DNA of 64,000 nt from Antedon mediterranea (Eukaryota; Animalia; Echinodermata), in contig NC_092673.1 of NCBI RefSeq assembly GCF_964355755.1, positions 22,689,648-22,753,647 of the forward strand, written 5' to 3'. A program made the translations under genes and the position numbers. Positions 27,014-38,980 of the stretch are shown in pieces (the first letter of the stretch is position 1; the number at the start of each line of letters is the position of its first letter). A model generated the notes under the pieces. It saw nothing but the letters and a program-made list of their open reading frames with translations. It was not told the origin of the DNA and searched no databases.

Positions 27014-27137
27014 ATGCCTAGATCATTCCTTGTAAAGAAAGTGCCTAGCAAAAAGATTGTTTACGCCGGTAACAGAGATGTAGAAATACAGAGCCGTATT
27101 GGAAGTGCATTTACACCAGTCGCTCCAAGAGTAAAAG
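27014..27137 (+). CDS. GFI1: Gfi coding exon 1 (SNAG domain)
   Basis: ATG at 27014, encoding [16 protein letters not shown]...PRVK, followed by the donor AAAG|gtacgt at 27138. Confidence 0.95.
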
Positions 27138-30100
27138 GTACGTTCAATATAAACAAAATATATTTATTTTAATGTTGTTATATTAATTTTCTCATGTAAA
27201 ATTTTATTTAAAAAAAATAATGTTTAATATTCTATTTGATCATTCTGTTTTATTTTTAATTTAATTGTTTACGTATAGGGGTTTAAGTACGAGGGACATT
27301 TAAACTAAATTAACTATTAAACATGTAATATAATTCAAACAGTTTAATAACATATTGTAATAGAACACCTTACTTAAATACTTAAATAAATAGGTTTTTA
27401 AATAAATTATAATCAAACGAATTACTGGAACCTATACTTTTGAAATAATATGCTATATATTTGGTGTATTTTACTTTGTCCTACGAATATTCAGTTATTT
27501 ACATGACACAAAAAATAGATAAAAATTAAACTAGATATTAATTTGTGCAAACAATCAGCTCAGAGTGTAAATAACTTCATTGGATTATGTTTAAGCATGG
27601 AGAAATAAGTTCCTAACTTATTTCTCCATGGTTTAAGCATAGAGATATTACATTGAATATTTACATGATTGCTAAGCCTACAATGTCGCGTGCCTGTGCA
27701 CGATAAGAATCTGTTGATTGTACAGTATATCTTAGGCCTGGCCTGGAAATAAAACAAACAACAAACTTATCAGTCATATATACATATAAAGAAATATCTA
27801 TGCAGCTGTTAAAATCTAGGAAACTGATTTTCGCCGATTCGTTATCTGTCTGAATACCGGCAGCTGTCGATACAAAAAAAATTAAACAATATTGTTCAAA
27901 TTTAGCAAAGAGTATGTTTAACATGCAGAGTTAGGTCTATGCATGTATTATTACAAGTATATTTCATGTATAATCTTAATATCCTTTTACTAAAACAAAA
28001 ATGTTTCATAAATAAAATATGAAGGGAAAAATAGGAAGATAGGCATATTATGTATGAACAATATAATATAGGACTAATGCTATTTATTTTTCCTGTGGTA
28101 CTGATTGAACTATACGGTAATAAGCTAAACAAAATAATTTCATTTAGAAGCGGGCCTGGGAAATTAAAAGACGATCGAACGTGTTTAAAATTGTTAGTAT
28201 TTATTCAGATTACATAATATTACAATATTGAATTAACCGCTATTTTCAAATTGTCTTTCATTTTATTCTACCGTGATTATTATATAAGTCTGGTTTAGTG
28301 CGCTGGTTTTGTTTGGGTGTGAAAACCTGAACATAAATGCGTGATTTACGTAGTGTTAGCACCTACACCTATTCAATACAATTCAATGACACGATGGGTA
28401 TGACCAGGTCTGACTGATCAAAAGACGACCTGATCACCTATTGTTTTATGTCCGGTTTTGAAACAATTTTACGTATCTCTACAAATTAACACACATCTTC
28501 AGACAATGTGCTATGATTGTTGCACAAGCTTTGAAATGCCTTTTCGCATTAAATAACTCTAAGGAAATAATTATAGGTTGCGAGGAATAGTATAGTTAGT
28601 GTTTAGAAAAAGACGGGGAGGTGTTAACGCTATTGACAAAGGCTGGGAAAGAGTCGATATCCCGCTCAATATGTTGTCTGTCTACTGGTTAAAATCACAG
28701 CATATTAAAATCATTGCAGGGCATATTCAACTCGTTATTTTCCCATCGATATTCCATATTTATAGTTTAATATCTGGAAATTCGTTGTAAATATTTACAT
28801 GCTTCTATTTCCAATAATAAGCTTTTAATATATATCGCAATATGTTAATATAAAACACAAGTCGTCGTCGTTAAAATTCGTTAATATAGTTTTCATGAAA
28901 TGACTATACAGCTATATTTAGATAATTTAAACGAAATTTTGCAGATAAAGACTTCATAGAGGCCCATCCAAGCGTGATACAGGTGGCCTATTGAGCCATT
29001 ATACCCGCCTGTTACATTCGATCTTACTGCCGCGATAAAGTCGCGTGTCGTCCCATCTCGTCGTTTAGTACGCTTGATCGTGTACTCATCTGGGCGGAAA
29101 TTGTTTTTCTTTGATTTACAAAAAAAAAATTGTTTAAACAAATCATACATGATTCTTATAATTATTTAAATAATTATTTTTATTTTACAGATGTACCACG
29201 TAATTATGAACCATGGGAACGAGGAACATTTAGACCATTTGAGGAGCCAGCAGTTCCGTCGAAACAACTGAGTCCAACACTAGCCATATCTACTAAACTA
29301 GCACAACTTTCGGCAAAGACGTCAGAGCGACAAACGTCGCCATCCTCGGGTCAGAGATGGCCAAGTGAGATTACAGCATACAACATCCCCTCTCCACCCG
29401 CAAACGGTACGTCTAATATTCATTGTCAAATAAATTAACCGATGTAAATACTTCGTTGTTAAATTGAATTAAAAATTTATTGACTGTAAGAATACATCAA
29501 AACAATGAAAAGATGAAGTTATGAATAAATTATAACCCTTTCAATAAGCACAACTGTTCAAATTCTCACGCTTGTAACACGCATGCGTTAGTTCAATATT
29601 ATTCGATATGAATACATTACGGTTTATGTTTGCATGCTAATTTTGTGTCGACATTTAAAACAAAATAAAGTTTATTGTGATGATTTGAAACGATAAAAAG
29701 CATTCAGTATATTTTATAAATTGTATTTATTCTTTTATTTTAAAGGTGTTATAAGTCGTGAAATGTCGGAGCTCTTAAAGGATGGCACTTTAAGTTATAC
29801 TGATGTATACCGCGCACGATTTGCTCAACTTGAGGAGATTATAAATTCAGTTTCTCCTGATGAACTAAATTGGTACCGCCATTCTTCACTAAGCATTCCG
29901 TCCCCGTACGCTACGGCCATGTTACCCAGAGATATCGATCTTACAGTTCCACCGCAGCGACGGTACTCTGCCGATTTAGACGAAGTTAGTTCACTTTCAC
30001 ACAGGGCTGCTCAAGGTACCTTCAGGTGTTTGGACTGTACCAAAGTTTTCAGCACGCCGCACGGTCTTGAAGTACATGTACGACGTTCGCATAGCGGCAA

Positions 30101-31741
30101 GCGACCGTATGCTTGCGAGATTTGCAATAAGACATTTGGACATGCCGTCAGCTTAAACCAGCATAAAGCGGTTCATAGTCAAGATAGGACATTCCAATGT
30201 AAAGAATGTGGAAAGAGTTTTAAGAGATCATCAACCTTATCAACACATATGCTAATACATTCGGATACCAGACCATATCCATGTGAATATTGCGGAAAGC
30301 GATTCCACCAGAAATCAGATATGAAGAAACACACGTATATACATACAGGTAGGCTTAACTTCAAACTTTTAACCTAACGAATAATTTCATACTATGCATA
30401 GCTCTAAATATAATAATATTAATGAATTTGAATAATGAGCGATAGTTAAAATGGAACGAATATACCGTGTTTATCAATTATATAATGCAGTGTAAAACTA
30501 CCATCTTCAAATTTAATCGTTAGAACTACAGAGCAAATTATTATATATCGCGATGCCTATTGGGTAGAGATGTAATTTTCCTTTGTGTAAAATGATTAAT
30601 TTTACTGGTATTGCATTCTGTTTAAACAAGTTTATAGATCAAAATAAGTGTTTTAATACAGATACAAAACATATAAAAATAATAAAATCTTCATTTTTCC
30701 ATTGCAAAGACTCGAAAATGATTAATATTACTGGTATAATATTTGGTTTAAACAATTTTATAGATCAAAATGTTTTGTGCAAATGCGGTTAACGTTTTAA
30801 TAAAACTGTAAAATTAGTTGATCTAATAACACATAGGCATAAATACAATATATAAAATATTCACTGGGCACGTGCATTCAATATTTTTTTGCTTTACTGA
30901 CTTAATAAGTTTGCTAATTTCTATGAAATATTAGCACATTCCGAGTTTTTAATTCGTGTAATTTGTAACACAAGTCAATTTTAAGATTCTAAAATAACTA
31001 TTTGCCATCTGTGTGTTGTGCGGGCGTCGGGCGCAACAACGCTATCATTTGCAATTTAATTAATAAGCGCTTTCAACGATTACAACCAGTATTGCCCAAT
31101 TATTTTTCATTGTATTTAAATTTGTCCACAAGCAATCTGTTAAATTAGAATTATTCAGTATATGTAAACGTTAGTTGTGATTTAATAAATATAATCGGCT
31201 TAAACTTCCAATCCGATTACTATATCGAAGTTCAATTGACAGATTGAAAACGAATTTTAATAAGCATGCGCAATGACAGTAATTACTGTGATTGTAACGC
31301 CAAGCTGAACTCTGAATAATTTCACCTAATTGGCATTTTTTAACCGATAAAATGTTTTCAAAACATTGTTCGTTGATAAATGACATCGTACGCAAATATT
31401 ACATGCATTTTAAATTATATGTACAAAACGTGCGACGTTGATGGTTGATTAATAATTTTATTTAATTATATTTTACAGGAGAGAAGCCACATACATGTCT
31501 TGTGTGCGGAAAAGCATTCAGCCAGTCATCCAACTTGATCACGCATAGTCGCAAACATACAGGTTACAAGCCGTTTGGCTGCAAAATCTGCGGTAGAGCT
31601 TTCCAACGAAAAGTAGACCTCAGACGACATTTTGAGACCCAGCACCCCGATCAGGAACGACCCGTCATAACATCTAGGCCTCCAGCTATCACAACTATTA
31701 ACGTCCCAGTTATAAACACAGCAGAAATGATCAAAGCATAA
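27014..31741 (+). CDS. GFI1: Gfi1/Gfi1b/senseless family SNAG-C2H2 zinc-finger repressor, complete CDS join(27014..27137,29191..29406,29746..30348,31479..31741), ~401 aa
   Basis: The protein starts with the SNAG motif MPRSFLVKK. It has six C2H2 fingers with Gfi-diagnostic sequences ([78 protein letters not shown]). All three introns are GT-AG and phase 1, and the exon lengths 124+216+603+263 = 1206 nt stay in frame to TAA. Confidence 0.96.
29191..29406 (+). CDS. GFI1: Gfi coding exon 2 (Ser/Pro-rich intermediate region)
   Basis: Acceptor tattttacag|, donor AACG|gtacgt. The 216-nt exon is open in the frame set by exon 1 (DVPRNYEPW...PPAN). Confidence 0.85.
29746..30348 (+). CDS. GFI1: Gfi coding exon 3 (zinc fingers 1-4)
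   Basis: Acceptor ttttattttaaag|, donor ACAG|gtaggc inside the TGEKP linker; encodes four C2H2 fingers. Confidence 0.95.
31479..31741 (+). CDS. GFI1: Gfi coding exon 4 (zinc fingers 5-6, stop)
   Basis: Acceptor ttttacag| completes TGEKP, followed by two fingers and TAA at 31739-31741. AATAAA signals lie downstream at ~31809, ~31976 and ~32132. Confidence 0.95.
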
Positions 31742-32721
31742 GAAAATTTTAACGAATTTTAAACAGAGATACATTCCAATTAAATAACATTGTAATATTT
31801 AAGTATAAAATAAATTATATACGCATTTTGACTCTTCACGCGACTTCGAATTTGTTTTCATTCACTAAAAAAAAAAAAAACCTGAACAAACAGTGAATAT
31901 ATATTTTCTTATCTATGCAAAACTAAGAGTTAGGCCCATAAGAATATAAATTAATTTTAACATAGAATAGTCCACAATAAAAGAGTTGATAATTCAATTG
32001 TATTAGAGCAGGAGGCTGGTGGATTATTAATAGTACTTTTAAAAAAATTCGATTTTGATACCGAATCATTATTGTAAAATTGCAAATAAGTTTATTGTAT
32101 ATGTCTGAATATTGTATTATTTTTTGTTATAAATAAATTGTATTATACTTTGTGAATAAGATGCAGAAGATTAAAATAATAAAAATGTAAAGAATATTAA
32201 TTTTGAATTATATACGATTTTATTTGCGGATTGTTTGAATTTGTATCCGAACATAGATAGTTGAGTATTTATGTCTTGAGGACTGATGAATGGTTGTGGA
32301 ATGAGTTCATATGCCCGCGTCACCGACACAGGACACACAGACGAACTGAAAATCATTGAAACACTATTGATACATAATGTTCGATCGAAATTTTACTAAT
32401 TTTTCGACTGGTCTGCGCCGACTGAAGCCGAGAAGGCCTATATTATAAAACCTACATAATTAAAGATTTGAAGTTGAGAAACATGACAGAGATGATGTTT
32501 GAAGACAATAGGCCTACAACAAAAATGATGATGACGTGTTTACGACCGATTTTTTTCCCGTACACGACACGGAGTGTCGGAGACGGTTCTAATGTAAACG
32601 TTTAAACACGTTTTCCAACGTATCGTGTCGTTATCGTGTCGTTATCGTATCTAGTGAAAATGGCGCTTAATACTTCCTACTGTGTTGACGATGATGGGGA
32701 GCGCAACATAAACAAAACTAA

Positions 32722-32863
32722 AGCTCTGTCTAAACTATCAAAACGTGACAAAAAATATATGGACATGATGATGTCATATCACTACCATATTTAAGCATAT
32801 CACTACCATATTTGGGCACATCATACTTTTTTTGTCAAACTAGTTTTATAGTGCCGACAGAGT
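32722..32863. mobile_element. Second Harbinger-like MITE family
   Basis: TAA|agctctgtctaaactat ... atagtgccgacagagt|TTA. The core ggacatgatgatgtcatatcactaccatat is shared, inverted, with 807-927. Confidence 0.65.
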
Positions 32864-35800
32864 TTAGGGGATTCAAATTCTTCAATAGAAAATTAAGAAA
32901 CAGTTAAAATTGAATAACAATACTCTTTTATAACAGCTACATTCTTATATAATCCAATAGAAACACCAAACAAAAAGCGAAGGACAAAACAGTAAACAAT
33001 TATTATAGATAATAACATTTAACATCTTCATTCTTTATACCATTTTATAATACAAAATAGATGTTCATATTCTTCATTTTTTAGTATTCCACATAAGAAA
33101 ATCAGACAACGAAATTATAAATATTTCGCTGTTTATGAATAAAAATCATTTCTTTCGATAGTAAATTGTAATCTTAACAGACCGATTATATCTACACGTT
33201 TTCAAAAATCATAAATCATATATAAAAATATGCACAAACGCTGTAGAAGAATTTGAATATTTTCAAAGGGAAATCAAATTGCAACATACTAACAAGAAAT
33301 CTCATGCGTACTATTTATTTATTTTTTTATTTATTCAGGTTTTTATAGTAAAAAAAATGCAGCCCGAAGGCTGAAATTGTTGATTTACAAAAATATAGGC
33401 CTATATATGGAAACACAAATATTTAAAAAATACAAAATTATAAATGATGAGACTATACCTTTCTTCGTATGTTTAACAACAGTTTCATTTAAAATAATCT
33501 CAATTGAAGACGGTGATAATAAATTAATTTAATATTAATAGCATTCAAAACATTCTTTAATATTCTTATTTTTGTTTGCATTCTGTTTTTTATCGTTTTT
33601 TTTTAAGTAAATTTTAAAAAACATTAGCGTAACGGAGTATTTCGTAGGTGCCAATTTATTACATTTTCATGTACGGTAATTATGTATGTATAGACGGTAT
33701 GAGTCAATACATTGAATATATATATAAAAAACTCTTTATAATGTATGATATCATGATTTGGAATATTTATTTAACAGTAACAATTTCCAAGGCGGGGAGG
33801 ACCAAAAAAAAAAGAAGAAAACAAAACCAGATAAACGAATACATTAATAAAAGAAGAAATAGATAGGAAAAAAAAACCATGTTTGCCACAATTAGAGAGG
33901 AAAACAACACAGAGGCATAAACAGAACAGACGACCGCAATCTGGCCCGATAAGTATAACATGAAGATATAAATATTTAATTCTATAAATGACTTTTACAA
34001 AATAATGTCGTCGAAACAAATTCAAAGATTGTCATGTCTATCTGTAGCAAGAAATCACATTCTTGCTTTCATTTATTTAAAAAGGCAAGCGTCATAAATG
34101 ATAAAGCAAAGTATATGACTAGCCGGCTGTATCATACATACATTACTACCTACTGACTCTTTTTCAGTATCGTAGGAAGATTCTGTGACATGTTCGTCAC
34201 ATTATTACAGCTGTTAAAAGGAAAGCATAACATAATAAAAGGAGACCTCTCAAACCTATGATCAAAGGTTTAATATCAATAGATAGATACACTTATATTT
34301 TGAAATTCATTTTTCTCCATGGTGTAGGCCTGTATTTAGAAATACGCCTTATACCATAGAATAACAATTTTTTTTCAAAAGAAAAAAAAAAGTAGTTTAT
34401 CTTTATTTTTCCTCAATGCTTTACTAAACTAATTATAAATCAGTCGTTAAGAATCGGCAAAAAAAATCCAAACAAAATATTACAACAACAAAAAACGAGT
34501 TAAAAGGATTGTGATGCATAATATAAACATAAAATCGGCTATGTATTTAAAAATATGCTTCTTTCAATTAGTAAAAATATACTGGCTCAGAAACGACTTG
34601 GCCTAGCATTCAGGTCTGTCATTATCCGCCTAGTCTTTAACTATAACTAGTTTGAAGTTTGTACGCTGTAACGAGGTGTTAGCCATGTGTGAAATTCCGG
34701 TAAACTGTTCATATTTATCGGTCGTTCTAGATTAGATAGTCAGCGATAATTATTATGTCTCTACACTCAAAATGAAACATTTAAATCAGGTATTAACTTC
34801 GTAACGAAAAGGTGCCATACCGTCTCTATCAAATTGATCATGGCAACAAAATATGCTATTTCTTGAGTTACTCAAATCAGATATACAGTAGTTAGCGTGA
34901 AGACTGTTTTTAAAAGATAATAAATAAAAGTATTTAAATCATGACTTTTTCAATTATATAAAAAATGCTGTATACAAACAATGAAACTTGTATGAGACCT
35001 CACTCAAAAATATATTCATATTCCGATATTTTGCCGAAAATTGTAATATAGCAATACTATAATATCCGTTAAAAATCGTTATACTTTTCTTGATATTGAT
35101 TGATCTAATTTAACGCAACGGAAATTGAAAAATAAAATTACAAAACAGTATTGCAAACAAAATATATATTGATTGCGACGCCAAGTGCAATTCCTCCTTA
35201 ATTTCAATCAACGTTAACATTTATTTTCTTTCTTTCAATCAATTACAATAAAACAAATGAATAGGTATTTATTGGTATTTATTAGTAATGCTAAAGATAG
35301 GCATAGATTGGAAATTTCAGAATGATTTTCTCGGAAAGTTAGCTTTATCGGGTAGAACAAAGTATTGGGAAAAACTCGTCATATTTTGGATCACATTTTG
35401 AGGATTCATTTAAATTTCAATAATAATACCGGTACCCTAAACTAGAAACTTATTACTTGGATTACATTAAAAAGACATGCATGTTTGATTCTAGATACAC
35501 ACAACTTGTGTAAATATTATAAACAGGTTTTTGACATTTAATAATACTTTAAACATAATGAAACACCACATGTACAGAACAAATTCTAAACCGCCCGGTG
35601 ATATACTGAAAATGTATTCATTAATTTGAAAAGATAAGATGAGGAAATCTGTGAGAATGAGAACAAGTCTTTACAACCGAGATTCGAACCCCAAAACTTT
35701 TGCTTATTTTTGTATATAAAATAAAAAATCTTTAAAAAATCATATAAAAGAAATTTACTTAATTTTAATAATTACTTGAAAAAAAATGTTGTTTACATTC

Positions 35801-36679
35801 ATAATTATATTTTTAATTTAACTTTACTATCGACATATTTATGCCATGTAAAAGCCTTGAAAGCGCTATGATGTTTAATGAGGATATGTAACAACATTTT
35901 AACCAAGGTCAGACGTATTTAACGACCTTTCCATAATATAGACAAACAATTTCAATTTGATTGGTGGAGGGCAATCTGGGGGAATGATTTTGTATGAGGA
36001 AGGGGTGTACGAGGTAGTGTTTGGAAGTGGGATGGAGGGGTTGGTGGGGTTGGGTTGGTTAGGATGGGGTTATCGGTAGTAAATGGTAGATCAAATACTT
36101 ATAGGTAACTGATGTCGTGTACACTGTGGCTCAGTAGAGTTGTTGTATATATAATATTGAATTATCATTTATTTTTTGAATTTTTTTTAATCCAACACAT
36201 TGTGAGCATGTGACTACAAATCCATAGTTGTATATATATTTTTATGAGGATTAGAAAGTGGTTGTCTTTCTTTGAGAAACATCCTGATCAGAGACAGGAC
36301 CTGAACCAGGAACAACATTTAAGTATGTTACCACTATACAGTGTCACTGCTTAACTACCACACCCCTACATTTGACAAATGGATTCACATTTAAAACAAT
36401 AAAAAAAAAACCAATTGCGATATTTTCATGGGGAAACTTTAAACTAGCAGATTCTTGGTGCTATCATTTTCCAGTATCATATGCCAAATTCATACGCCTA
36501 ACCAAACCTTGATTATACATACAGGCATCTTATGTGAAAGATATTATGACACTGTGTATTACAGAATTTGCTTATGATACTGGACAGATATTGGTTGATT
36601 ATTATCTGGGTTGCAAAGGGAGAAAAAACATTGGGACTCTCTGTCTTTAAAGGAATTCCCTATGATTATCATTGTCCTC

Positions 36680-36839
36680 TTATAAGTTTAAAGGATCTTT
36701 TTCCACACTTGAATACATCTGTACAAACTCGTCAAGCTTTTCATATTCAATATGAACCTTCTTCAACATGGCCGACAGAAAGTTAACGCCAGAAGAAGAT
36801 CTCATTGCTGCTGATACAAATTCATTTTTATCAACCAAC
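36680..36839 (-). CDS. RPAP2: Last coding exon of a - strand gene, probably RPAP2 (RNA polymerase II-associated protein 2, Rtr1 homolog)
   Basis: The - strand acceptor tgtttttacag| is followed by a phase-2 open frame, LVDKNEFVSAAMRSSSGVNFLSAMLKKVHIEYEKLDEFVQMYSSVEKDPLNL*. FLSAMLKKVHIEYEKLDEFVQMY matches the hydrophobic/His/Glu pattern I recall for the vertebrate RPAP2 C-terminus ([23 protein letters not shown]). Vertebrate RPAP2 lies tail-to-tail with GFI1. Confidence 0.7.
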
Positions 36840-37493
36840 CTGTAAAAACAATCGAAAAAATCTCGTAAAAAATTTTATCAGATTTTGATCTTTGCAAATT
36901 GCAAAAAGAAAAAGACTATAACTATTTATTGAATGCAGTAATCAGCATAGCATGACTGTTTAGGAAAATAAAAACATGAAATATTTCTTTTAAAAAGCAG
37001 TAATGATAGTATCATGTGATTTTTTAGAAAGTGTATTCGCTTTACCTAGCCAATTGTTATAAATTGTTTGTTATTAAAAAAGTACATACACACTCATTTC
37101 AAGGTATTGTAACATATGCAAACAATTGTCATATAAGATTGTCATATAAAAAAAAATCAATCAATCAACTTAATTGTTTTATAAAAAAAGTACATTGAAA
37201 AATTGTTTTTCTTGACAGAACTAGAAAATAGTATCATTTAAAACAAAATAAAACATTCCATTTTACAGTTTAAAAATGGTATTATACAATTTACAAAAAG
37301 TGTCATGCATATTTTAATTTTTCTTTATATTATATGAACGGATCAACACTTGATAGCAGCCTTTTGTAACAATACACATAACCCTCAAGATAGCCAATGA
37401 GATGTTTCTCTAGCCACAGACTGAATATAAAAGTGCATTGTTGGTGCACAGATTCATTTGTCTGCGACTCTACAATCTTTAAAACATATTTAA

Positions 37494-37939
37494 CATGTAT
37501 AGTTCCCCAAAACATAAAAAATGAAGATTATAAAATAAAGAACCCACTTTCAAAAATACACAAACCAATAGTGGTGTTTATAGTCTATGAGAGCTGCTTA
37601 CCTGGATAAACTGACAATAGCCAGTGCTCTCCAGAGGGAGGGTTTATATATGAAAAGTTAAAGTTCCTAGAATACTCCTGAATCATAATGGACTAGTCCA
37701 CAACTACGCCCTGATGTGGAAATGTACTACTGTCATCATTAGGCACGAAATAGACGAAAAAACTTACAAATGTAAATTTAACCAAAAATGACAATTTTTG
37801 AATATTGCTAATAAATTACACCTTTCTTCATGTAAATAATTTGTTTCCTAATGCAATTTTTATTTTAAAGTAAATAAATATTACGCAATATTCAACCAAA
37901 GATATTTAACTATTATTTTATCAAGGGGACAATATATCT
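37494..37939. mobile_element. Kolobok-like MITE copy 4 (degenerate)
   Basis: catgtatagttccccaaaacataaaaaatgaagatta ... ggggacaatatatct. Confidence 0.5.
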
Positions 37940-38831
37940 TCTAGTAACACAACACACAATTTTTTCAAATTTTATATGTATTTTGTATGCTAGCTCCAAT
38001 GAACAACAACCGTGATCTTGGCCTTTGTGGATAAAATTAAGTTGAATTGAACATGAAAGTTGCTGTTATTCTTACTTTATTGAAAACATCAATTAAAGTA
38101 ACATTAATGATTATTGTATATCCGTAACAAAATTTAAGTTTCAAATATGATACAGGCCACAATCCACTGGGAATATATAAAGATTGAAAACACATTAGAT
38201 TGATGATCAAACGCAACAAAATAATTTTCAAAGAGAATGATGCTTATTAATGCTAGAGTACCTCCTCAATCATAAAAAGATTAATTAAGAATGTAAGACT
38301 GCATCTTGTTAATTAACTTAGGTTTCTTCATTAATGTCTCAGACCATATCCTTGTAATACTGCATTCTGAATAACCATTTCTTTGAATATAGAAGACAAA
38401 AAATCTATATGCTGCTAAATTTGTAAAAGCTGAATTGAATTTAGAGGAAAATAAACAAATTCCCTTATAAACATTTTCAATCCCAAAGAAGACAAATCAA
38501 CATTTTTTTTCATCAAGCAAATTGCACCACTAATAATGTACAACTGTTGAAAATGATGGTATCTACGGAAGTAGTAACTGTATCAAATGACATAAAAACT
38601 GGTATAAAATGCATCATTTTGTGATTTATAAATCTCCAATAACTTTTTATGTTTTATATTTAGCATAATTTCATATTTCTCTCCCAAATATCCTACCAGC
38701 CTTCCTTAATCTATCAATCTCTAACATATGTCCACACTAAACAACTGACACCACACATTTAGACACACAAAGGACAAAGTCTATAAAAAATATTGTTATA
38801 CAATTTAATACTATATAACAAATGATATAGC

Positions 38832-38980
38832 ATAAAAGATATAGAAACGGTTTGGAGAATAGAAGAAAACAGACAGGACTGGAGAAAAGCAATCCGAGAT
38901 ATAAGCAAAGCAGGGAACGATGCGGGAAAGTCATCAGACTATCTGGCGGACCGGGAATAAAAAAAATAAAAAATAACAAA
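38832..38980 (+). mobile_element. Possible RTE-clade LINE 3' end
   Basis: The frame IKDIETVWRIEENRQDWRKAIRDI...* resembles the RTE A.DR..WR..I C-terminal motif and is followed by an A-rich tail. Confidence 0.4.

Noticed and set aside
30589-30777. ~126-bp-spaced imperfect duplication in Gfi intron 3 and its 69-aa ORF
   Set aside because: An ordinary local duplication with no splice or coding support.
33770-33960. Possible RTE LINE 3' remnant (PRRGGPK)
   Set aside because: Too degenerate and A-rich to support a call.
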